From: Thermoanaerobaculia bacterium
Lineage (GTDB): Bacteria > Acidobacteriota > Thermoanaerobaculia > Multivoradales > UBA5704
Reading direction: 5' to 3'
NCBI GenBank assembly: GCA_044226625.1
Contig: JBGAGQ010000075.1
Coordinates: 1-29,859 of the forward strand
DNA length: 29,859 nt
The first letter of the stretch is position 1. Each line of letters starts with the position of its first letter. The position numbers and the translations under genes are program-made. The notes below the pieces were generated by a model that worked only from the letters and a program-made list of their open reading frames with translations, was not told the origin of the DNA and made no database searches. Positions 18,524 to 26,061 of the stretch are shown piece by piece.

Positions 18524-18623
18524 TGGCGGAAGCGCATGGGAATCGAACCCACCCCCGACGCCGAAACCGGCGCCGGACAACGGTTTTGAAGACCGCAGAA
18601 GGCACCAGCCCCCGAGCGCTTCC
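18524..18623 (-). tRNA. selC: tRNA-Sec (anticodon UCA)
   Basis: 8-bp acceptor stem GGAAGCGC/GCGCTTCC, G73-CCA, 6-bp D stem with TGGT loop, anticodon loop CTTCAAA, long variable arm, T loop TTCGATT; 100 nt. Confidence 0.95.
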
Positions 18624-18804
18624 GGACGGGATCTTATCGAAGGGCGCGGTCCATCGGCGAGGTGATGTCGCAGTAGCCGCCGGCTGGCGACTCAAAGGAT
18701 TCGGCGCCGCTTGCCCCCTGAGGCTCTGCTCAATCCGGTCGACAGATCGGAGCATCCGCTCGGCAAAAATCGCCGACGAGTGCGCGAAACGCTTCCTCCG
18801 CGAA

Positions 18805-18820
18805 CGGCATCTGCCTTGCA
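18805..18820 (+). promoter_or_regulatory. Putative sigma54 (-24/-12) promoter
   Basis: CGGCATCTGCCTTGCA matches GGCA-N6-TTGCA, ~65 nt upstream of the DUF2383 gene. Confidence 0.6.
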
Positions 18821-18883
18821 AAGTCGAGGGGGCGTCCAAGAGGTGAGTCACACACCATTGGGATTACATCTAGGAGACTCGAC

Positions 18884-19324
18884 ATGGCGACGACAACGAC
18901 CACAACGACCGACGTAGACGCCCTCAACTCTCTGCTGCGGGGCGAGATGTCTGCCATCGAAACCTATCGGCAAGCCCTGGCGAAAGCCGAATCCGGGACC
19001 GGGGACCTCCAACGGTTCGCAAAGGACCATCGCGACGCGGCCGACCAACTTTGGCAGCACGTCGAGCGACACGGCGGCAAGCCGTCGGAAGGCTCCGGAG
19101 CCTGGGGCTCGTGGGCTCAGGCGGTGGAGGGCACGGCGAAGCTGTTCGGCACCGCCGCCGCGCTCAAGGCTCTCAAGGAAGGCGAGGAGCACGGGCTCAA
19201 GGAGTACGAGAGCGCTCTCGAGAACAAGGAGATGGCCCCCGAGTGTCTGACGCTCCTCCGCGACTTGGCGGCCAAGCAGCGCGAGCACATCAGCGGTCTG
19301 GATCGGATGATTGCGCAGGCTTGA
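18884..19324 (+). CDS. DUF2383/PA2169-family ferritin-like four-helix-bundle protein
   Basis: LNSLLRGEMSAIETY, H......L...V..HGGKP..GSGAWG, LKEGEEHGL..YE.AL; SD AGGAGA. Confidence 0.88.
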   Translation: MATTTTTTTDVDALNSLLRGEMSAIETYRQALAKAESGTGDLQRFAKDHRDAADQLWQHVERHGGKPSEGSGAWGSWAQAVEGTAKLFGTAAALKALKEGEEHGLKEYESALENKEMAPECLTLLRDLAAKQREHISGLDRMIAQA

Positions 19325-19516
19325 CGGGCGGCGGCGGAATCTTCCGGATCCGCTGTAAATCGGAGCAGCGATTGGGCGAAAGAGCCGGCCGTTCAAAGAA
19401 ACGTGCCGGCTTCGATCCGGTTTTCGTCCGTGGAGCCGTCTTCGAGCTTTCGGCGTCAGCGCGGAGGATGCCGAAGGCGGTAGGCGGGATCGAGATCAGA
19501 GACTTCGCCGCAGGCT

Positions 19517-19921
19517 TCAGCCTGCTAGGACTACGAAGTCAGCCACCTTGGCTCCTGCCTTCTCAAAAGTGGCAACAGTCGCCGCACCGGTTCGGAGATA
19601 GTTTCGCTGGATGACTCGGTCGATAAATCCGGGTTTGGCGGATTCGAGGTTTGGGGTGGCCAGGACTTCCACCATTTCTCGGGAGCCGTCAACGCCTGGT
19701 GTGCTGAGAAAATCTCGGAAGGCCTCTAAAGCCTCTTTCTTGGATACTCCATAGTGGTGCTGAAGAGCGAAGTAGGCCTCAAGGATGACGAGATCGGATA
19801 CGAGCACCCGATCACCCGCTAGCCGCCTGTCGAGCAGGAAACGCAGCGCCTCCCTAGCGAGGTCCTCGGGATCTCCCGAGAGCAGGCGCACGAGGACCGA
19901 AGTATCAAGGCCTATGTTCAA
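19517..19921 (-). CDS. vapC: PIN-domain (VapC-like) toxin
   Basis: IGLDTSVLVR, VILEAYFAL..HY, GFID, ATFE; the TTG start overlaps the antitoxin stop. Confidence 0.88.
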   Translation of the reverse strand: MNIGLDTSVLVRLLSGDPEDLAREALRFLLDRRLAGDRVLVSDLVILEAYFALQHHYGVSKKEALEAFRDFLSTPGVDGSREMVEVLATPNLESAKPGFIDRVIQRNYLRTGAATVATFEKAGAKVADFVVLAG

Positions 19922-20205
19922 AGACCGAGGTCCTTGGCGATTCCTGCTGCAACACTTTTGCGGATCGACTCCATGTCATGTACTGGAACCTTGTCGGCGT
20001 ATTTTTTGAAAACACCGAACCAAGTGGGCGTCGGCTCGTCCTGGGAAGAACGAACCTTCTTTTCTGACTCGGCCTCCACTTCGTCGGATCCGACGTAGCG
20101 TCGAAAGAGCGCCTCCGTCACCTCCCTGACGGGCCGACCTTCTAGAGCGCTCTTCGCCTTAACTTGTCGGTAGAGATCGTCGGGAATCTCGATCGTTGCT
20201 TTCAT
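19918..20205 (-). CDS. Ribbon-helix-helix antitoxin
   Basis: MKATIEIPDDLYRQVKAKSALEG..V....EA RHH pattern, upstream of the PIN gene. Confidence 0.82.
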   Translation of the reverse strand: MKATIEIPDDLYRQVKAKSALEGRPVREVTEALFRRYVGSDEVEAESEKKVRSSQDEPTPTWFGVFKKYADKVPVHDMESIRKSVAAGIAKDLGL

Positions 20206-20211
20206 GAGCCC

Positions 20212-20240
20212 AGTTAACCGTATTCCTGTATTGCCGTCAA
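20212..20240 (-). promoter_or_regulatory. sigma70-type promoter of the TA operon with 8-bp tandem operator-like repeats
   Basis: TTGACG-N17-TTAACT, 6 nt before the ATG; overlapping repeats ACGGCAAT/ACAGGAAT/ACGGTTAA. Confidence 0.6.
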
Positions 20241-20253
20241 CTTGCCGCGTGAG

Positions 20254-21468
20254 TTAGGCAGCGTTAGCCTCCACTACTCTCGCCGCCCGTGCCTCGATCG
20301 CATCCCCCAGCCGATCGAAATCCGCCAGATCGTTGTAGATCTGAGCGGCGATGCGGATGAAAAGCCGGCCGTTCAGGGAGAACGGGGGCACCTCGATTCG
20401 GTCTTCGTAGAGAAGCGCATCTTTGAGCCCTCCGGCGTCGGCTCGGGTGCTGCCGAGGGGGGCGGGGAGCGGGATCGAGATCATCGAGCCGATCATCGAC
20501 TCGGGCGTGCTCACCTCGACGCCCCAGCGCTGGGCGAGGCGGTGGCCGCCCTTCCAGGCGAGGTCGTGGATGTAGGTCTGGACCGCTTCGACGCCCAGAT
20601 CGCGCAGGAAGGCGATTCCTTCCGGCGCCGCGAGATAGGGCGTGGGATCGTGGGTTGGGATCCACTCGAACTCCTTGCGGAATCCTTGCTCGAAGCCCCA
20701 CGAGGTGACCGACGGCCGGAGACCCTCCTGCCGATCCGGCGCGGCCCAGAGGATCGCGGAGCTGCGGGGTGCGAAGGCCCATTTGTGCAGGTTGGCGACG
20801 TACCAATCGACGCCCAGCGAGGGGATGTCGACCGGAATCGCCCCTGGGGCGTGGGCTGCGTCCACCAGCACCGCGACGCCGCGCGAATGGAGCGCCTTGG
20901 CTATCTCGCGGACGGGGAGGATGAGGGCGGTCTCCGCCGTGATCGCATCGACCACCGCCAGGCGGGTGCGCGGGCCGACCGCGGAGAGGAAGGCGTTCAG
21001 GATCGGCTCGGGTCCCGTAACGGGGAACGGCAGGTCGACCGGACGGACCATCGCCCCGCGCTCGTGGGCGACGAATTGCGCCGTGCGCGCGACGGCGCCG
21101 TAGGCGAGGTTCGCGACCAGGATCTCGTCGCCCGGACGGAAGTCGAAGGAGCGGAGCACGGCGTTGATGCCGGTGGTCGCGTTTTGGACGAACACCAGAT
21201 CGGACGGCGAGGCTCCGACGAATTCCGCAATCGGCTCGAGCGCCGTTTCGAGCCGCGATTGGGCCAGGTCGTGCCGTCCGCTCGATGAGGAAAGCTCTCG
21301 CAGGACGAACCGGGCGGGCTGGCGCTCCATCTCGTCGCGGAGCTTTTGTTGGACGTCGAGCACCCGCCGCGGGGTCGCGCCGACGGTGCCGTGATTCAGG
21401 TAGGTGATCTCGGGATCGAGGAGCCAATGCGACAGGTAGGACCGGCCGAAGGGTGGGGTCGCGCTCAT
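20254..21468 (-). CDS. Class V PLP-dependent aminotransferase-fold enzyme (isopenicillin N epimerase / EgtE-like C-S lyase family)
   Basis: YLNHGTVGATP, FVQNATTGIN, LVDAAHAPG, ANLHKW (PLP lysine), THDPT, IRIAAQIYN. Confidence 0.9.
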   Translation of the reverse strand: MSATPPFGRSYLSHWLLDPEITYLNHGTVGATPRRVLDVQQKLRDEMERQPARFVLRELSSSSGRHDLAQSRLETALEPIAEFVGASPSDLVFVQNATTGINAVLRSFDFRPGDEILVANLAYGAVARTAQFVAHERGAMVRPVDLPFPVTGPEPILNAFLSAVGPRTRLAVVDAITAETALILPVREIAKALHSRGVAVLVDAAHAPGAIPVDIPSLGVDWYVANLHKWAFAPRSSAILWAAPDRQEGLRPSVTSWGFEQGFRKEFEWIPTHDPTPYLAAPEGIAFLRDLGVEAVQTYIHDLAWKGGHRLAQRWGVEVSTPESMIGSMISIPLPAPLGSTRADAGGLKDALLYEDRIEVPPFSLNGRLFIRIAAQIYNDLADFDRLGDAIEARAARVVEANAA

Positions 21469-21564
21469 GGGGCGCGACGATAGCGCAGGGCGGGTGGATC
21501 GGGCGGGCCTTGGTTCCCAGGGAACCAGGCGGGCGGTCGGCGCGCGACGGATGACGACAGTGGA

Positions 21565-22007
21565 GTCGCCCCGGCGACGGGGCGGCGGTTCAGGATGGGT
21601 CGGGCCTTCAGCCCTTGGAAACTAGATCGCCGCTTCTTCCTAGGGCGTTGCCCTAGGCTATTATGGGTCGCGCCTTTGGCGCTAAATATTTGGTTTCAAA
21701 GGGCCAAGGGCCCGAGGCAGTAGCAACGTCTCAGGCGACTGGCGCCAACCTGGGCTCGACGGGGGCGTTCTCGGCCCGCAGGGTCGCTCCGGCGACCGGG
21801 CGGTGGTTCGGATGGGGCGGGCTTTCAGCCCTTGGACATCGAGAACGGCGCTTGTTCCTAGGGCGTTGCCCTAGGCTATTAAGGGCCGCGCCTTTGGCGC
21901 TAAGCATCTGGTTTTAAAGGGCCAAAGGCCCGACGCAATAATAGCCTGGGGCAACGCCCCAGGCTATCGAGCCAACCTCACGGGAAGGGCTGAAGGCCCG
22001 CCCTATA
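21565..22007. repeat. Cluster of three-hairpin REP-like elements (two direct copies, one inverted copy, one fragment)
   Basis: ~155-bp direct repeat with 218-bp period (21565/21783). Each unit has GGGC..TCAGCCC, CCTAGGGCGTTGCCCTAGG and GCGCCTTTGGCGC hairpins. 21919-22006 is an inverted copy of 21812-21900. Confidence 0.85.
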
Positions 22008-22020
22008 AAGCCTCTCGGCC

Positions 22021-24357
22021 TTACCGAACGTGTACGGGCGGCGCCTCCGGTGCTTCGGGGGCCTCTTCCGGTTCGGGAAGGTCGGCGACGGCCGGCGGAT
22101 CGGGAACCGGGGTCGGCAAAGCCCTCGGAGCGCGTGCGGGCCGGGGGAGGGGAGCCGGCGTGCCCGGGGTGGGAGCGACCATCGGCGCGGGTGCGCCCGG
22201 CGCGAGTGCGGGTCGCGCCGGAAGGGCCGGAGTACCCGGAGCAGGGGTGGGCAAAGCCCGAGGAGCCATCGGCGGCATGGGTGCCATGGGGGCGAGGGCG
22301 GCGCGGGGTGACGGGGCTGGAGAGCCCGGGAGAGCGGGAGGCTCGGGCGTCGGCGCGAGCGCCGGGCGCGGGGAACGGGGCGGGCGTGGGGTTCGTGGAG
22401 TCCGAGGGCGGTGAGCCTGGTCGCGAAGCCCTTGCTCCTCGCCTTCTAGGCTCCGCTCGATGTCTTCCCGCAGCCGCTCCCGCATCTCCTCGAGCTGTTG
22501 GCGCATCTCGCGCTGGGCCTTCTCGATCTCGCCGCGATGCTCCTCGACGATCCGTCGCGCTTCCCGCTCGTATTCGCGGGAACGCTCCTTGATGGTCCGG
22601 AGCTCCTCGTCGCTCGGCCGGTGCGCTTCGGCGTAACGCTTCGCGTCCTCGGCCATCCGGCGGATCTCTTCAGCTCGGGGCGCGAGCTCACGGGCGCGCT
22701 CGGTGAGCTTGCGGATCTCCTCCTCGCTGGGCCGGATGCCGGCGACCAGGCGGCCGACCTCGGCCGAGATTCGCTCGCGCTCCTCGCGGGAGAGGCCCGG
22801 ATCGGCGAGCCGGGAGGTCGCCGCAGTCAGTCGAGCGAGCGACTGCGGATCGGGCACCGTGCGGGCGACCAGGGCGTCGATCTCCCCTTCGAGCTTCGCG
22901 CGATCCGCCTCCGGCAGCTCGAACCCCTTGAAGCTCTCGGTGAGCTTCTCCATCTCGGCCTCGAACTTTTCGGAGTCCCACTCCTTGCCCATCCGGGCGA
23001 AATCGGCCGCCAGATCTTCGGCGTGCTCGCCGAGCTCCCGCTCTTCGTCTTCGGTGAGAGGCGGGATCTCGTCGGCGCTCGGAGTTTCATGGACGTAGGT
23101 GTCGGCCGGCTGCGAGCTTCGATAGCTCTCGCGATCGGCGCGCCCCGCCTCGGCGGAATCCGCCTCGGTCGCTTCGGGAGCGGAGACCGCGGCGTCCGGC
23201 TCTTGCCGGCTGCGGGCGGAAATCGCTGGGGCGACCGCGGCGAACGCTACCAGGACGACGCCGCAGGCCGGGAGCGCCCAGGCCGGCAGGCGACGCGACG
23301 GGCGGATCTCGCCGAGCAGTCGGCGGATGCGGTGGCCGAGCGGCGAGGAGGCCTCGGCCATGCTCGGCACCGGCAGGCGGCGCTCGGGCATCGACCAGCA
23401 AGCGACTTCGGCGAGGCAACGGGCGAGCGAAAGCGGGCGGCCGGTTCGGCCGATCGCCCAATCGTCGGCGAGCAGCTCGGACAGGTCGTAGAGCTTCCGC
23501 CGCGCGACCCAAACCAGCGGTTGGATGAAGAAGAGGCTTGCGGCGATCTGGGTCAGGTTGAGCGCCGCAGGATCCCGCCGCGCGAGATGAGCGAGCTCGT
23601 GGGCGAGCAGGCTCTCGGCCTCGCGCTCGTCGAGGTGCGAGAGCGCGCGCGGCGGCACGCAGATCTCCGGCCGGGTGTGTCCGAGGGCGATCGGCACCGA
23701 CAGGCGATGCGCGCAGGTGAGGCGGACGTTGGGGTCGAAGCCGGCCTCCCCGCGCAGGCGGCGGAGGGTGCGGAAGAGCGTCCCGTCGACCACTTCCAAC
23801 CGCGGCCGCAGGCGCCGCGACAGGGCGGCGTGGGCGGCCCCCCAGCGCAGCAGGAGCGCGGCGGCCCCGGCGCCCCAGAAGAGAGCGATCCACGGCCAGA
23901 CCGGCGGCTTGGCCGATCGGGTCGAGGCGGTGGTCACCGCGGAAGACACCTGAGAGGAGGGCGGCACGAACGCGATGGCCGCCGGTAACGTCGACCGGCC
24001 AATGTCGGGGGTTGCTTCGGTGGCGCCGACCGGGGTGGACGCTGCGACCAGCTCGACGTTTGCCGCGGGTTCCGTGGCGGGACCGGCCGTTCCGGAAAAG
24101 ACGGCGAAAGCTCCGCCGAGGGGCTGCCATCCGGTAACGAGTTGGAGGGTCGCGGTGAGGATCGATCCGAACAAGGCCGTGCGCCAGATCGCCTGCTCGG
24201 CGAGCGGGTGACGTCCGCGCAGCCGTGCCGAGATCGCCCAGGCGAGACCGAGCAGCAAGGTGCTGTGGAGGAGGTAGGTCGCGAGCCAGGAGAAGAGCCC
24301 GGCGGAGGCCGCGGTGACTGCGGACGACGAAGCCGGATCCAGTTGGAACGGATTCAT
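22021..24357 (-). CDS. M56 family (BlaR1-like) metallopeptidase with coiled-coil and Pro-rich C-terminus
   Basis: TM segments, LLAHELAHLARRD, FFIQPLVW..RR.L..LSELLADD; downstream of BlaI with an ATGA overlap. Confidence 0.92.
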   Translation of the reverse strand: MNPFQLDPASSSAVTAASAGLFSWLATYLLHSTLLLGLAWAISARLRGRHPLAEQAIWRTALFGSILTATLQLVTGWQPLGGAFAVFSGTAGPATEPAANVELVAASTPVGATEATPDIGRSTLPAAIAFVPPSSQVSSAVTTASTRSAKPPVWPWIALFWGAGAAALLLRWGAAHAALSRRLRPRLEVVDGTLFRTLRRLRGEAGFDPNVRLTCAHRLSVPIALGHTRPEICVPPRALSHLDEREAESLLAHELAHLARRDPAALNLTQIAASLFFIQPLVWVARRKLYDLSELLADDWAIGRTGRPLSLARCLAEVACWSMPERRLPVPSMAEASSPLGHRIRRLLGEIRPSRRLPAWALPACGVVLVAFAAVAPAISARSRQEPDAAVSAPEATEADSAEAGRADRESYRSSQPADTYVHETPSADEIPPLTEDEERELGEHAEDLAADFARMGKEWDSEKFEAEMEKLTESFKGFELPEADRAKLEGEIDALVARTVPDPQSLARLTAATSRLADPGLSREERERISAEVGRLVAGIRPSEEEIRKLTERARELAPRAEEIRRMAEDAKRYAEAHRPSDEELRTIKERSREYEREARRIVEEHRGEIEKAQREMRQQLEEMRERLREDIERSLEGEEQGLRDQAHRPRTPRTPRPPRSPRPALAPTPEPPALPGSPAPSPRAALAPMAPMPPMAPRALPTPAPGTPALPARPALAPGAPAPMVAPTPGTPAPLPRPARAPRALPTPVPDPPAVADLPEPEEAPEAPEAPPVHVR

Positions 24358-24743
24358 CGGGCGTCCTCCTCGTGGGAGCGCGCGGCGATCAGGCCCTGGA
24401 GCTCGGCGAGCTCGTCGGCCGAGATCGGATGCTCGGCGAGGAGATGATGGACCAGGGCGCCGACTTCTCCCTGGAAGAGCTGCGAGGTGAGGCCGGCCAC
24501 CATCGAGCGGCGCACCTCTCCTTCGCTCACCTTCGGCTCGTAGATGAAGCGGCGGCCCTCGCTCCGGTGGGCGACGATCCCCTTCTTCTCAAGCTTCGTG
24601 AGCATCGTGGCGATGGTCGTTGGAGCGAGCCCGCGCTCTGCCTCGAGCGCTTCGTGGACGTCGGTCACGGTCGCCTCGCCGTGCGCCCACAGGACGCGCA
24701 AGATCGCGAGCTGCAGGTCTCCGAGTTTCTGGGGTGATTCCAT
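24354..24743 (-). CDS. BlaI/MecI/CopY family repressor
   Basis: LGDLQLAILRVLW, TTIATML..LEKKG.V....EGR.F.Y; SD GAGGAGG. Confidence 0.94.
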   Translation of the reverse strand: MESPQKLGDLQLAILRVLWAHGEATVTDVHEALEAERGLAPTTIATMLTKLEKKGIVAHRSEGRRFIYEPKVSEGEVRRSMVAGLTSQLFQGEVGALVHHLLAEHPISADELAELQGLIAARSHEEDAR

Positions 24744-24766
24744 GGACGATCCTCCTCGTTGCCGCC

Positions 24767-24804
24767 TACTACCGAAATAGTACTACCGCGGTAGTAGATG
24801 TCAA
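24767..24804 (-). promoter_or_regulatory. sigma70 promoter overlapped by tandem palindromic BlaI-type operators
   Basis: TTGACA-N16-TACTAT on the minus strand; perfect palindrome TACTACCGCGGTAGTA (24781-24796) and an imperfect copy TACTACCGAAATAGTA (24767-24782). Confidence 0.85.
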
Positions 24805-24849
24805 CCCCCAGCTCGCATCCGTGTTTCGGTCGCGGGACCTCCCGCTAGA

Positions 24850-26061
24850 TTACGCGAGATCGAGGAACAGGTTCTCCATCCGCCGGGCGATCGCCGCCCA
24901 GGAATACGCCTCGCTCCGCTCCCGGGCGGCCCGGGAGAGGCGCTCGCGCTCCCCCTCGTCCGTTAAGAGTCGGGATATAGCCGATGCGAGGGGCTCCGGC
25001 TCAGGCGCCGTCGAGATCCCCTCCCCCCCGTCGCGGACCAGCTCGGGAAGGGCGCTTTCCGGCGATTCGCAATAGACCACCGGCAGGCCCGCCGCCATCG
25101 CCTCGAGCGGAAAGAGGCCGAACCCCTCGCGGGAGGAAGGCTGGACCGCGATCTTCGCCCGCCCCAGCTCGCGCCAGACGTCGGCGCTGGTCGGCAGGTG
25201 GCCGCGAAAGACGACCCGGTCGGTCAACCCGACCTCCCCGACCTGCCGCTCCAGCCGCTCGCGCTCCGGTCCGGTGCCGAGGATCGAAAGCCAGGGGCCC
25301 TGGGACGGGAGCGCCTTCCGATCGACCCGCGCGAGCGCCTCGACCAGCAGGTCGACCCGCTTCTCCTTGAGCAGCCGGCCGGCGTAGAGGAGCGGCGCCG
25401 CCGGGGGCGCGTCCGGTTCGGCCGGCGAGGCGGCCGCGGCACGGATCGCTTCGATCGGTATGCCCACCGGCACGACCGGCACCGCCTCCCCGCGGCGCGC
25501 CTCGACCCGCTCGGCGGCGAGGCGGCTGTCCGCGATCGCCCTCCGGCCGAGCGGGACGGCGAGGCGCTCGATCGCCCTGTAGGGCAGCGCGCGGAGAGGG
25601 CCGAAATACTCGCGCCAGTAGGGTCCCCAGTATTCGTACCAGGTGACCAAGAGCGGCTTTCCCGCGAGGCGGCAGCGTAGCGCGAGCGGAAAGAGGTGGA
25701 CGTAGGGGATGTTCGCGGTCTCGACCAGGTCGTACGGGGAGAGGTCGAGCGAGGCGACCTTCGCCGCGAAACGCAGCGCTTGGCCGGTGCTCCGTTTGCC
25801 GCCCTCGGTGTAGAGCTGGCCGCGTGGGCCGAGCGGGAGGATCGTCATCCCCATCGCGGGAGGGGCGGTCGGCACGGTGAAGCCAGCGAGCGTCACCTCG
25901 TGGCCGCGGACGGCGAGCGCACGGGCCAGCTCGTAGTTGCGGTGCTCTACACCGCCGACCGAGCCGGGGTAGATGCAGTCGTAAAGGAGGAGGATCGAGA
26001 GCGGCCGAGGGCTTGGGGCGCACGCATCCGCTCGATCGCTTCGCCCGTCCGGGGCGCTCAT
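24850..26061 (-). CDS. Glycosyltransferase family 4
   Basis: GGVE, LAVRGHEV, YAGRL..EKR, EGFGLFPLEAMAAGLPVV (EX7E). Confidence 0.93.
   Translation of the reverse strand: MSAPDGRSDRADACAPSPRPLSILLLYDCIYPGSVGGVEHRNYELARALAVRGHEVTLAGFTVPTAPPAMGMTILPLGPRGQLYTEGGKRSTGQALRFAAKVASLDLSPYDLVETANIPYVHLFPLALRCRLAGKPLLVTWYEYWGPYWREYFGPLRALPYRAIERLAVPLGRRAIADSRLAAERVEARRGEAVPVVPVGIPIEAIRAAAASPAEPDAPPAAPLLYAGRLLKEKRVDLLVEALARVDRKALPSQGPWLSILGTGPERERLERQVGEVGLTDRVVFRGHLPTSADVWRELGRAKIAVQPSSREGFGLFPLEAMAAGLPVVYCESPESALPELVRDGGEGISTAPEPEPLASAISRLLTDEGERERLSRAARERSEAYSWAAIARRMENLFLDLA

Noticed and set aside
18463-18851. ORFs and ORF extensions overlapping this interval (e.g. 18510-18851, 18523-18846, start at 18552)
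   Set aside because: They overlap the tRNA-Sec gene; the real peptide start is at 18462 with an SD.
19325-19516. Several small hairpins between convergent genes as a possible ncRNA
   Set aside because: Adequately explained as terminator-like or chance GC stems; no recognisable RNA motif.
21565-22007. Possible CRISPR array
   Set aside because: Mixed orientations, multi-hairpin units, only three copies, and no cas genes.
20254-24743. Beta-lactam biosynthesis/resistance locus (CefD-like enzyme plus BlaR/BlaI)
   Set aside because: Both families are broad; there is no beta-lactamase, penicillin-binding domain or pcb genes, and the PLP gene has its own promoter.
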